Positions 11,511-24,971 of a stretch of 64,000 bases of DNA are shown here, piece by piece. The notes beneath the pieces were generated by a model. The model saw only the letters and a list, made by a program, of their open reading frames with translations. It made no database searches and was not told the origin of the DNA. The position numbers and the translations under genes are program-made. The DNA is from Camelus dromedarius (lineage: Eukaryota): positions 62,870,001 through 62,934,000 of the forward strand of contig NC_087437.1 in NCBI RefSeq assembly GCF_036321535.1, read 5' to 3'. Numbering within the stretch: position 1 is the stretch's first letter; each line of letters opens with the position of its first letter.

Positions 11511-12904
11511 TCAACCTACACTTTTCTATTTAATTTTTATTTTAAAAACTAATTCAAAAATTAAAGGATATGAAGCAGGTCTGAATTATTCCAATACTTA
11601 CCTCTACCATTAGAACAAATACATTTTATTGATTTGACGTACACTCCCTGGTTCCTGTTGCCCAAGCATTCTGGCAGTATCTTATAATTACAAGCGGTTA
11701 TGGGCTGTATGTATGTGTTACTTGTGTTCCCCCTTCAATGACATAGAAAGATGTTGGTTTTGGTTTAAAGAAATACATATGTGCAATTAAAAAGTATTTG
11801 GCAAGTCATATCTGGAAGGCCAAAATGCTAATAATGACTGGTGGGGTCACAGAGGATACATATTTTTGTCCACCTACCACTTAAATTTTCTGCAATAAAT
11901 GGGTATGACTTTAGTAATAAGAAAAAGTCACCTAAAATTTTTGAAGACTCCTAGTGGTACCCATTTGATGATAATCATCTTTCCCCTGAATTTTAGAGTA
12001 TCCTGATCTGAATCACGGAAGGAGTGATTATAATGCTATTTGGGCTTTTGAAAAGCAAATATGTAGCACTCAAAAATCAATAAAGTATCATATTTGTTGC
12101 TACTTTAAGAAGAACTGCAGGTGACACACATGTATTTAATATGACTTCTAAATTAGAAACAGAAAAAAAATTTATTTAATACCATCACTGAGGATCAAAC
12201 TTTTTTCACAGCCAAAAAGAAAACATCTTTTTTTTTTGCTGTTGTTGTAAAGAGAAGCAACCTGGTTTATTACCATATATACATAATGAAATATAATATG
12301 TTACTATAGATATATTAATATATTTGTGATATGTTATAATTTTTATTTCTGGAACTGAATTCTAGAAGTCATTTATTATGTGGTTCTTTTCCATGGGAAC
12401 ACTAAATACTATAATGTACAAAATCTTCAGAGGTAGTTTTTCAGGTGTTGAGGTACTCTTCATGTGGTCATTTCTTACCCTTCAGTGTGAGTCTCAATGA
12501 AGACAATGGGTGAACTCCAGCTCTGAGCCAGGATGGACTGAACAGGCCTGGGGTTGGGGCTGGAATGGCTTGGCAAGTGGGGAAAGAAAACCTGATGGGC
12601 TCTTCTAGGACAAGGACTTGTGAAAGAAAAAGAACTGCTTTAAAGAAAGGAGAACCAGGAGGAAGAGAGTACTTGGAAGCAGAGAGAAAGAGGAGAATTT
12701 GGAGTCCAGGGCATGTAGGATAAATGCTCTCAGCTCGTAAGAAACCTCCACTTCCCCACTCTCAGCCTCTCACTCCAATCCCCTCACTCTGACTCCCATA
12801 GTACACATGCTCTTCAAAGTCCTTTAAAGGCGATTAAATAAATGATACAACCTAAATCATGACATTCCATACAGGATATAAAACTGTATTCTTTATGAAG
12901 ACAA

Positions 12905-12987
12905 ATATATATATATATGACTGAAACATTATGCTGTACACTAGAAATTGACACATTCTAGCTGACTATACTTCAATTTAAAAAAAG
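12905..12987 (+). mobile_element. Short L1 3' terminal fragment
   Basis: ACTGAAACATTATGCTGTACACTAGAAATTGACACATT..CTGACTATACTTCAATTTAAAAAAA. Confidence 0.65.
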
Positions 12988-13639
12988 GTAATAACATATA
13001 TCTTAATATCAAAGAGCCTAACTTTCAAAAACAGAAAGGAAATCTGGGCCAAAAAGAAAAAGCATTGTTGTTAGAATTTCAGGATCTTTTACATTTATGT
13101 TGCTGAGATTACATGTAAGTAAAGAGTCTTTCAAATAAATGAGAGGAAAAAAGCCTGTATTCTTGCTGTTGAAGTTGCAATGACTCCGTGATGACTCAGA
13201 GAGAGCTTCTCTCTTTCCTTGACTTATGACCCAAGGTCAGTGGCCTGGTCACTTAAGGTTAATTTTAAGCAGACAGTGGTAATTATACCCACAAAGCTGA
13301 TAATTGATCTTGATGCTGAAGATGGTGCTAGCAATTTCATTTAAAATCTTGGTGATTTAAATAGAGCAATACCCTGACTTTTCGTGACAGCAGCTATCAA
13401 AAACCAATGGAAAGATGCTCTCTTTGGAAATTCTCAAGAAATGAAAGCACTTTAAAATGAATTAAGTCCATAGAATATCATTTCTACAATTACTGCCTTT
13501 CCAAAAAATGAAGGTTTTAAGAGCAAATGCCACTAGCCCCCCTACTATGGTCCCAGGACTCACTTTCCTTTCCTCCCACAACCAAGCACAGGTTAAAGAA
13601 TCAGAATTAGCACCTAGTCACAGCTGTGAGGGGCTCCTC

Positions 13640-13765
13640 CAAAGTCCCATTTTTCTCATTTTAAAATAACCTCATGGGGCTGTTGTGAGGACTTAATAAA
13701 TCCATGAAGGTGAAGAACACAACCCAGTGCCTGGCATACAGTAGGCACTAGTAAACATTAGCTCT
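13640..13765. mobile_element. MIR SINE fragment
   Basis: GCTGTTGTGAGGA...CCAGTGCCTGGCATACAGTAGGCACT. Confidence 0.7.
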
Positions 13766-14725
13766 TCCAATTGGTGCTTCCCAATCTTCCTCCACTCCAC
13801 TCCTGGAGACTTATTCCCAGGGAGCTCTCCCCACCAAGCCCCTGGTGGAAAATATGTAATAGATTACCTTTTCCTAAACCACATCCTGGGAAAATCTTGA
13901 TTGGGTATTACACACAAATTGGATTTCAAGGTCACCTATCATTTAAGTCTGGGAAATGCTGGGCTAAACTGGTTTCTGTACTGCAGGACTTCTGAAATTC
14001 TGTAATATGATGAGGCACACTATAAATCTCTGAGGTAGAGACAGTGTGCAGGGCTTCCCAAACTTCTTTGCAAGGAGAACACTTTTGGGGGAAGTATCAG
14101 ACTTTGCCTCAAGGAAAATTCTTGGAAAACATTAGTTAGTGGGCCCACGACCTGGCTGTGCACTGCCCTCTGGGGTTTAGATCTGAGCATCTGTACTGCT
14201 TAGCGAAGCTCCCTGGGTAATTTTAATGCATCCAGCCCACAGATCGGCTTTTGAAGGCAAATGCCCCATTCCAGTGTGCTCCCAGTTGGCAGACCCGATA
14301 TCAACTCCGTATGACTTCATTTTATAAAAAAAGCGAAGGAGTAGAAAAGCTACTTGTCTTGTGCTGGGCATCTCAATTCATAATTTTGAGTAAGATGTGC
14401 TCTATCATCTCGATGTATTTGTTGAAGGCAAGTGGCGATATCAAACTCTATTTTGCTTTTATATTTGAAGCTTATGAGGATGACAGTATCATTCTGCCTA
14501 CTTCAAATTGACATGATGAGTTTAAATTAAAGCACAAGAGGGCCCAACACTCTCCACAAATGATGGAATATTCCACCTCCACTGTTCTGTAGCAACACCT
14601 CAGTCCCCACCATTGCGGTGATTATTGTATCACGGGAGAACAAGCACAGCAAGGAGTTTAAGTGTTTGTGTGAATGTCTGGGGCTCTTCCAGAAATGAAT
14701 AAAGCTTTTAAAGAAATGTCAGGAT

Positions 14726-15055
14726 TCAAATCCTGTATGTCATCACTTATACGTGGAGTCTAAAAAACACAACAAACTGGTAAGTGTAACAAAAAGAAAG
14801 ATGCACAGATACAGAGCACTAACTAGTGGTCACCAGTAGGGAGAAGGAAGGTGGAGGGGCAGTATCGGGCAGGGGATTAAGAGGTACAAACTACCAGGTA
14901 TAAAATAAGCCACAAGGACATATTGTACAGCACGGGAAATACGACCAATATTTTATACTAACTATAAGCGGAGCATAACCTTTAAAAATTGTGAATCATT
15001 ATGTTGTACACCTGTAGCTTATGTAACATTGTACAGCAACTACACTTTAATAAAA
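14726..15055 (+). mobile_element. 5'-truncated L1 (same subfamily type as 9879-10905) with 16-bp TSD
   Basis: L1 3'UTR ending TTAATAAAAAAA. TSD AAAGAAATGTCAGGAT (14710-14725) / AAAGAAATGTCAAGAT (15056-15071), 1 mismatch. Confidence 0.88.
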
Positions 15056-17094
15056 AAAGAAATGTCAAGATCTAAGCAATGTCATTACTCTATCAAATTA
15101 TTGTGAGGTAATACGTTATGCAGCTACTTTATGAGGAAAATGCTTCCCTCTGGCTTTGTATAGAATCCTAGGAAATGAAACCTCTAGCATTTATTGTTAG
15201 AAAAGCTTTGTGAGCTTTGCCATTAAGTACTATGGAAACAGCATTCCATTCCAAAGGCACCCTGAGTCATTTTGATTTTGTTACTCTTGCCAAAGGTAAA
15301 TTTGACCTGTAGTCTTACTGCTTCTGGAAAAGCGTATCCTTCCCCGAGGAACTCACAATGTGGTCCAGAAGACAGACCTTTATGTCAAGGGTGCAGCTTG
15401 CACTTAAAGGGGAATAAGGGTGATGGTCTTGTGTGCTCGTGCTCTTGTGCATGCATGCTTGTTGGTGAGAGGGGGAATGAAGCGGGCTGGGCTGTGGTAA
15501 GGGGGAAAGAAGAACAGTGAGGAGACATAAATCAATTAAGTGGGGAGAAAGATGTCAGGCTCACTATTTGCAGGAGGCCTAAGTCACTGCCTTCATCAAT
15601 GCTTTCATACTAGTGGAGCAAGAGATCGTTTCCAAGGGACCCATTAGTAACCAGACAGCTTCAGAGCCTAGCAGGGAAGAGGCTCTGTCTTGCAGGCCAG
15701 GACAGCTGGTTAGCACACCGAGCAGTTATTAAACTAATAGAGAGGCATACGCACTCAGGGAGGGTGCCAGATTGCTCACAAAAGTGTTTAATCAGCACAG
15801 TTTGATCACCTGGGCTGAGCCATGCCCATCACTGGGGTCTGTCTCTTCATTTCACGGCAGAAACTTCAGCCTAGGCTAGAGATGAAGGGGAAAGGTGTGC
15901 AGGGCTGGCCTCCTACTCAGCGTATGCCCCACCCTCAGCCCCCGACCTCAAGCAGCAGCTCACCTCGAGGCACTGCTATCTGATGAATATATTTTGCTTA
16001 TATTTTCTAATTTTGTTTAGCAGATGAATCAAAAAGAATTGCACAAATGTAAGTGCAATGTTAAAGTAAAAGATAATTAATCTCACATTTAATGTTATTC
16101 ATAGCCATTGATGTGCTGTTTAGCAAGTAGGCATGAATGCTAAGCAGTCAGTGTACACAGCTAAAATGAACAGGACTTTGACACATTTAGACTCTATCCT
16201 GCTACATCTATAACCAGCAACAGGGTTGACAGCTTCCTGAGAAAGCAAACAGCAACAAAATCACAGCTGCATTTTCTAGGGCCCTTCTGGTGGGTTGTGG
16301 AAGGCCTGCAACAGGGGTCATCCCTCAGCGTGTGGCTTTAGGGCCCAAGAAAAATCACAACAGGTCTTCCCCCTCCTCGTTGCTTGGCACTTGAATATGA
16401 AGAAAATGACAGTGTGATTTAAGAGGGAGTTGTGAAGACCTGGCTTCTTCGGCTGCGCTGTGAATCAGTTTGGGCAGGTCACAAACCTTTGTAAGCTCCA
16501 GTTTCTGTGAAACAAGGGAGTAGACTAGAACGAGATTTTCTTTAAAGGTTTTCTTCCAAACTTAAATTGTAATTCTCTAATTTTTCCGTAAATGGGATAA
16601 AACTAATACCAAAGGCATTTGGAGAGGGGGAAGAAGCATAGAAGGCACAGAATATGCATATTTTAAAGCCAGGTGTGTGTGTGGGAAGGAGTAGCAGAGA
16701 CAGAGAAGGCAGCCACCGACCGCCTGGCAGTGTGGCCCCGCAGAGGGGCGGTGGCCTGCACATCCTGTTCTCACCACTTGGTGGAGCCAGCTCCTCACCT
16801 GGCAGCAACAGATCCACCCACTGCGTTTCAAGGGGTTGTAAAATCAATTCAGTGGGAGGACACCAGCATTAAAAAAGGAGAAATGGAGCCTAATTCAAAC
16901 TATCAGAGTGCATCACACAGAGTGCGGGTCTTATTTTGAAGAACTTAATTTTCCTATTATATATAATATGTAAGCATGTGCGTATCAGGACATAATGTAT
17001 AACCTTTTTCTTCTGTTCATGGTAAAAAAATGTTTGAAAAGCACATTGTTGATCCCCCTGTCTGCATTAGGATGGTAGACCCAGGGAGGTCTAG

Positions 17095-17395
17095 TTCTTC
17101 ATCCATTTTTCCCCTTCCCTCTTATCCTCAACCGTCCCTCCTCCTTTCTCTCTTTCTAGTCTCCCGACCCCCTTCTATCTACCTAGAACCTCCCTCCAGT
17201 ACTGTCCCCTCTCCCATCTCCTTTCCTCTCTCCCCCATCTCTTCCTCCCCCTCCACCACCTCATTGTTCTCACCTCTCTCTCCAGGTATTTTATCCCACT
17301 TGCCCACTCACTCTGTCTGTCTCCTCCCTTCCTTCGCGCTCCCCTCCATTACCATTCTGACTATCTCCACCCCCCACCTCTGCCTTCCTGTGCCT
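17095..17395. repeat. Pyrimidine-rich (CT) low-complexity tract
   Basis: Plus strand is C/T-dominated. It produces the spurious P/S-rich ORF 17030..17509. Confidence 0.8.
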
Positions 17396-20300
17396 CAGTA
17401 TCACAGACACAGATGTGAGAAGACACAGTCTAACTGGGAGTGTGACAGCCAGATCTCCCCAACCCTTGCTCCAGGACTGAGACTCACAAAGTCCTCTCGT
17501 AGTCTCTGAGCTTACCGGCTAGACTTCACCACACCCCTCCCTGGGAATGCCTGTGTTCAAACTCTCCTCCATCATCAATGGAGACAGCTCTGTTATTTAA
17601 ATTCCATCTCAAATGCCCCCTCCTCTGGGAAGCCTTCCCGTTAAGTCAACTGAGGCTATTTTCTTTGCTCCTTTGAACTGCATTTGTGCTCACCTCCACC
17701 CTTACAACAGGTACCTCACTAATTCCCAGAACTCAGAGGGCAGAGCCTGGGTTAGATTCCTCACTGGGTACCAGCTCTGTCTCTAAACCAGCAGAGGGCT
17801 GACTCCAGGATGGAATTCTGGGAAGATTGTGGAAGTGTGGGCCTTGTTCAGTTGTTCCCCAACATTTTCCACCACTTTCCCCCAACTTGTCTTCACCCTC
17901 TGCTGCACACTACCCTCTGCTCCTGGCTGACCCCGGCCACCTGGTGCCCTGGTGGGCTGCCCTGGCCTGACCAGTGCTCCAGGCTCAGCCTCACATAACT
18001 CAAGCCCTGATCTGTGAGCCTCGGGCCTGGGGAACACAAGGCTGGGAGGGCCGTGGGTGGTGGCTGAGGCCAAATTGAATAGCTTCTGGCCAGGCCTGGA
18101 GGAGGGAGTATGCAGAAGGGATATCCAGCCCTGGCTGTTGGTCACCCACCTGCCTCTCCAACCTTTGCTGAAAACTGACTCACTTTAGGTGACTGCAAGG
18201 GTGTGTGACCTGGATGACATACCTATGGAAGAAATGGGGTGAAGTGTGCCTCAAATTTGGGTATCCACATGGAAGCTGGTTAGATATGAATCAGACAAAC
18301 CAGATTTGGCAGTGCAGCTGGTGGTCTATAGAGTGGGGGAGGGGAGGCCCAGCCCCTGGAATCTATGCCTAATCTTTAGGTGGGGGGATGTCACATGTTG
18401 GGCAAATCGCTGGCCTCTCTGCTTATACTTGATGGTCCCGCAGACCCTGAACGCTGACAGCAGAGATTTTATAAAAATGCTATTGCCCAGACTCACACAT
18501 GGCTGTATCTCCAATAACTGAAAAGGAAGACGTAAAGTTCAGGTTTAACTGAAGGTGATGAGCATTTAAAATGAACAGCTGTGCTTACCAAAGACAATCT
18601 AACAATCAAGGCAAACTGAAAACAATTATTTTTCCCAATTACAAGTTGTAGGTTAGTCAAAGTGTGGAGACAGAATTAACGAAACCATTACCATTTGGGG
18701 GAATCTATTTCTGGAATATACTGCCTCATCTGAGTGATCCTGGAATGCGTAGCAAGATGTAATAGAAATGGAAGTAGTTTCTGAGTAGAGAAGTTTCATG
18801 ATCTTTACATTTAGTTCTACAGAGAAGAGATGTAATACGAAAACGGGGAGAGTGAAGGGTTAAACTAAGCATCATTCCACTTAAACCTCCAATCTGTGTT
18901 AAAACCACCACTCACAGGTAGTAAGTTCTACATTTTGAATTGTTCTTCTTTATAAAAATTCTGGTACTTGGGAATTCTCCATTCAAAATCTATATAGATG
19001 AAGGGCCTAGAGAAAGATCACACACACACAACTAATACTGATTGTCATTTTTCAAAGTGACACCATTTAAAAGGATCAATACTAACTAGTGGAAATATTT
19101 AACATATTCACCCTTGGTCTAGGTACTAATTTCCCAGTGACTCAGCTAGTGTGGTTATACAGGCAGTGTCAGTGTCAGTCCCTCTGCCTCCGAACCCCCT
19201 CCCTCCCTCCCTCTTGCGATGCACTGGAAATGAGAGGTGTATGCTTCTCTGTTAGATAGCATTTGATCATAATTTTGAAAAGATGCAAACAACTGGGGTC
19301 GAAAAGAACCCTTTCAGGCAAAAAAGTGACTATTTCAGAAAAGTATTCCTGAAGAGCAAACAGGTGTTTGGACCACTGTCTGGTCTTCCCATTAAGAAGT
19401 GCCCAGAAAACTCCTTCATTTAGACATTCAATTATTTTACTGGTCTAGAAGGTTCTGGTAATGATGGGGAAAAAAAACTACCTAATGGGTTTTCATGTCT
19501 TGAGACTTTCATAAACAAAAGACTGAATTATAACTTGAATGGCATTAGCCATAGTCTGCAAGTTGCAATTCTATTTTTAGTCCATTTATCCATTTGTCCA
19601 CCAAACAAATATTTACTTAAAGTCTATTTACTTTCACTGCCAGGCAGTGAAAGATGTGGATTCTTATGGAATTGACAGTTTCTGCATTTTCAAAGTTGGC
19701 TTAATTGCCATTTTATTTCTTCCTCATTAAAAATTTTAGAAGTATTATGCTTTCTACATTAATCAAAATGTGTGTGGCATAAGTAGAAACATGTGTTATG
19801 AGAAGAGGAAAGTCTTAGTCCTCCAAAACCTGTATGGTTAATACGCAGCTTGATTTTCTTGGATGTTCCCTTAAATTGTGGATAATTTAAAACGGGTTTT
19901 TTGGTGGATAGCTTTCTAAATGCACTACAGAGTTCCTTGCTTTTTAATGCAGAATATGCCCATGATTCTGGGTTATTACTAACATATGATTATGCTCTAC
20001 TGTAATATGGTGGCTGTGTTGGGCTCTATACTGGGGCAAAGGATTGTTTGCACTAACACAGGATAGCCCTTGACCACTACGATTTGGGGGATTCTTTTGC
20101 CTCTTTTTTTCCCCCCAGTTTATCTGTTTTCTTTCCTGCCAGATTTTACTTTATGCTGCTGGTATCAAACTACTTGCTCAAGGTCTTGATTCTTATTTGC
20201 TGTTTCTAAATTGCTATGGGTTTGGAAACGATCTAACCAACAGGTAAAGTGGCTTTTAGGAAGAATAGAAAGGTATTTCTATGGAAAGATAAGAACTTTA

Positions 20301-21286
20301 TCTTTGTGATACCTCTTTTGGTTGCTCAGAAGCTGGTTTTTATTTTCTTCTTGTTTCTTTATAATGTTATAAATAGGTAACATTTGCTGAGTAGCTGTGT
20401 TCTCCATCACTGAATTTACTCCTGTACAGAATGCAACATTCCACATGGTTTAACTTGACTTTTTCACTTTATGAGTTTCTTAGAAATATATTTTGTAGCT
20501 GGTAGGTAGACTTTCAGCTATTTAAAAGACTACCAAACTGCTTGCTGTAGCTTACTGGAATTACATCATGAAACCAGAACACAGCATGGTTATGCTAGAT
20601 ATTTTGTTACAATTGGTCAGTTTTGAGATGAACAGTCTTTCCCCTTATACACCGACCTGGCAAAAACAGGTCTCAGAGGAGGTGCACATAGCGATCTCTA
20701 TTTTTATACCTTGTCAGTTTGGTAAGGATATGAGGAAAGTGAGACTTGTTGACTAAATCCTAGAGATCATAAATCAGAAAAGAAAAGTAGTGTAATTTAC
20801 TGCTTTCCAGGCCCACGTCTTCCCAGATACCCTGCAGGAGACAGGATAATGCTAAGCTGGGCTCAGCTGACAGAATTTGGGATCAAAGGTCAAGAATGGC
20901 TTTACGGGATCTTACTATATAGGCAAGAGGAAAGAATATTTCTATGTCTGGAGATTTCTAGACACACCATATGGAAAGTGTTAAAATTTGGATTAAAAAA
21001 AGAAAGACTGGGAACTTTGATTAAGTACTCCAGAGAGTCAGAAGGTATTTTCACCCTAGGCCTTCATAATCTGACAAGGTTAATATGTCATGGGAACTAT
21101 GTATTCTGTTCCCTTTACACTAATGCCATCTGATGACATTCCAGGGGATTAATTATCAGGAGTTGATAAGAAAGGAGTGACTCTCCACCCCTTATTCAGA
21201 CCTTTCAGAACTCAAGATACTTTTATACCCACTCTTACTTGCCTCTTGGTCATTCTTAGCAAAGGGCCACGCTGACGTCTCATTTT

Positions 21287-21472
21287 CTAGAGCTGGGCTG
21301 TCCGACATGGCAGCCACTTGCCATCTACATTAAATAAAGTCAAAAATTCAGTTCTCAGTAGCACTAGTCACACTTCAAGTGTCCAACAGCTGCACATGAC
21401 CAGCAGCTCCTGTAGAGCACAGCACAGATGTGGACCATTTCCCTCCCTGCAGAAAGCGCCACTGCACAGTGC
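21287..21472. mobile_element. MER3-like hAT-Charlie DNA transposon
   Basis: GCTGTCCGACATGGCAGCCACT...AAAAATTCAGTTCTCAGTAGCACTAGTCACACTTCAAGTG...CATTTCC..TGCAGAAAG. Confidence 0.7.
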
Positions 21473-22268
21473 GGGGTGACTGCTGTATGTCAACGTTATG
21501 TCTTGTGTCTTGAGGTTCCCTCTCTTTGTACTTTGGAAACTGAGTACCATTAGCTGGTTATATAACTAACCAACCAATGTTCTGGCTGACCCTTTGTTAA
21601 CGACGGAATATGTTGTTTAACATGCTGTAGAAAGATACTTAAATCAAGTTAGGGGCTGGAAAGAAATGAGTTGTGAGGTTTTAGGGCTTTATGATTCTAC
21701 TTATTTCAACAAAACATACAGGGTCGATGGATGCTCTAGCCTATAAGCTGTCAAAAAATATGTTCCATGAGGTATTTTGATTCTCTCTCTCTCTCTCTGT
21801 AGCTGTTTTGCTTGAGGGTGAGGATGATCAGGTAGTTGGGGATGGAGGAAATAGGTTGAAAGAAAACTTCAATGGAATTTGAAACCTAAGGCCCACAGGG
21901 TGGAACGGTTAGCCTCGGATGAATTCTATTGTCAGAATTCCCCACAGTTCCAACGAGGAAAAGCTACTTTTATTTCCTCAAAGCCTGGCTATCATTCTGA
22001 TTGGGTATAAAGATGTTAGGTCCCTTAGGAGATCAGGGGAGGGACACTGCTGAATACATGACTTCACCCTTCACTAGGAATTTAGGACTACTGTGGAGAA
22101 AGAAGGGTGGGTGAGAAAGAAGTCTGACAGCAAGTGACTTAGAAAATGTAACCAGCAACACCTGACCGGGAGAGCCTTCCCAACCAGCTTTGGTCCACTA
22201 GTGGGGCAGCTGTGTTGTTGGGTACTTTTGGCCCTAAGAGTGCTCCACTGAAACCCTCCACCAACCTA

Positions 22269-22448
<180 letters not shown>

Positions 22449-22915
22449 TCAACCCTGTGGGGTAAGGCTCGGACTGGGGACACATACAGAGAGTAAAAAG
22501 TGCGATGGTAAGTGAGCAGAAGGGGAAGGGGAAAACCTGAATGCCCCATCATCTTGAACTGCTGCTGGGGAAACTCCCATCCTGGACTTCAGCAAGAGCA
22601 CAACTCCACACCCTTTTCATCTATTAAATGTGTGTGTCGGGGGAGGATGCAGACTTTCAGACTCCACTTAAGTTCACTGACTGTGTCATGGTTTTTATTT
22701 TGAATTCAAGTGTCTTACATGCTTTTCTTTGCTGAGTCTAGTTCCAGTCTGAGAAAAGTTTTCTTTTCCAAAGCACTTTAAACTCCCATGCAATTATTAC
22801 TGACTCTAGGAAAAAGATGTCCTCTGGTTGGCTTTTTATTCTCCAGGCTCTGGGAGAAGACAGAGAGGACTGAGCTCCTCTCCAGGACTTGATGTGGCAA
22901 GCACATCGTTTTCTA

Positions 22916-23053
<138 letters not shown>

Positions 23054-23529
23054 CTATCTCCCTTCCTTCAAACTTCACAGCCCCCTGCTCCCAGTATTCA
23101 TGACATCCTGGACGCTCTATCTTTCTACTTTACCAATATACCTTTCTTCCTTTCTCACAACTCCTTGCTGAGTATTATCCTCCAAGTCCCTGTCTCTGAT
23201 CATTTGCTCTGTATCCCTTCAGCATGTCTGTGCTCAGTGGTTCCATGCTCTCCCCCTTCTCCACCCCGGTTCCACCATGTTGTGACTCTCTGCTGGCACA
23301 TGTGTGCTTGTGTGCATGGGGGCACAAGTTTGCAGCATTGCTCACACTCATTTCCACCAACTAGACAGCTTGAATCTCAGGTCCCCACATTTCTCTTACA
23401 GCTCCCAGAATGATCATTCCTGTTCAGCAGAACTGCTGACTTATTAAACCAAAACAGTTCACGGTACTGTAGGGTAAACCAGGTTTCAAAGCCAGAAACA
23501 GATGGCCAAGCAAGACACCACCACCGAGA

Positions 23530-23846
23530 CGGGGGATTAGCAAAGTTTTTTCTGTAAAGAGTCAGACAGTAGACACTTGTGGGCCATTCATTCTCTGTCA
23601 CGACCACCCAGCTTTGCTGTTGTGTGTGGAGGGAGCCACGGACAATATGTTTAAAAAAACAGTGTGGCCAATAGAACTGTTTATGGATAGAAAATAACTT
23701 TAGATAATTTTCACGTCACAAAATCTTCTTCTTTTGATATTTTTCAACTCCTTAAAAATATTTAAAAAATAATTTTTAGCTTAAAGACTACATAAAACAG
23801 GTAGTGGGCCAGATCTGGCCTGTAGGCCATAGTGCGCCGACCTCTG
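23530..23846. mobile_element. MER58B-like hAT-Charlie DNA transposon
   Basis: Starts CGGGGGATTAGCAAAG..TTCTGTAAAG; ends GGGCCAGATCTGGCCTGTAGGCCATAG..GCCGACCTCTG (degenerate TIRs). Confidence 0.75.
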
Positions 23847-24494
23847 GCTTTGAATGGGGCTATTTTTTATCACAAACTGCACAAACTGCTGTGCATGAAA
23901 TTGAGCGTGTGTCAGCACACGCTAACAAGGCCAAGTGACTGCTCTTCAGCCTCCCATAAAGAGGAGCCTGTGCTGTGCATGTGCAAGAAGAGGGCTCCCT
24001 CCTCCTTGGGCCCCTAAACAACACAAGGTACTTAGAGGGTGTTAAACTAATGACGCGTGGCTTCATCACAGTGTACCTACATTTTCATTTCTGTTTTCTT
24101 TTTTTCACAAATTTGTATTAGAAAAGGTGCTTCCTAGCTGGCATGTGATATGCAATAATCTCTAATTTAGCACAAAGTATATATTTATACATTTATCTTA
24201 GGCTTTCTATGTCAAGTTTTCATTGTACTTCATAACGAGAATTCCTATTTCCAAGGCGCTTCATTACATGAACATTTTTGAGAAAGATTGTCCCCAAAGG
24301 GTGTCCTGTTAGAAATTTCATAAGAAAAATTAAAACGAGCAGCATCTTTTCCTGAACCTTTATCTTGGTGGGATTTTCCTTAAAGCAATACCTGGTTTTA
24401 GCAGGGGCCTTTCTATTAAAATTAAAGTATTAATTAAAAAAAATCCCTTTTGCAGGAGTTAATGAGCCACTCTCTTACTATTCTTACTCCATTG

Positions 24495-24690
24495 GCAGAG
24501 AGGAAAATGCAAGAGCTTTGAAGTCAGACAAATAGGAATTGAATTACGACTGCTGTTTACTAGAAGTAGGACTTGCTTCTCCAAGCCCCAGACTCCTTAC
24601 TTATAAAACAGCTGATCACACAGGGCTGCTGCAAGGATTAAACAAGATCCTGTAAGCAAAGTTTCCAGGACACTGTAAGTGCTTGGTAAA
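24495..24690. mobile_element. MIR SINE
   Basis: AGAGCTTTGAAGTCAGAC...AGGATTAAA...TAAGTGCTTGGTAAA. Confidence 0.6.
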
Positions 24691-24971
24691 CAAGGAGAGA
24701 AGGAAGATCAGAAGGAACGTAATCCCACACGCTTTGCAAAGTCGTCTTTGATTTTACTGCCTAGGGTTGTGGCATGCTTCTACCTTCTTCTCCCTTTTCT
24801 TCATCTGCTTTCTGCAATTTTGCCTGTTTTTCTTTGTAATTTAGCTCTAGTACCCTCGACCCCATTTTGTTTTATTTTCTACCCACCCCTTACCATCTTC
24901 TGGCTATTTGGTGTCGCGGAGAGAGCCTGGAAGGGAGATCCGGCCTAGTGTCATCTCCTCATTCCCCTCCC

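Noticed and set aside
17030..17509. 159-aa Pro/Ser-rich ORF
   Set aside because: Artefact of the CT-rich tract.
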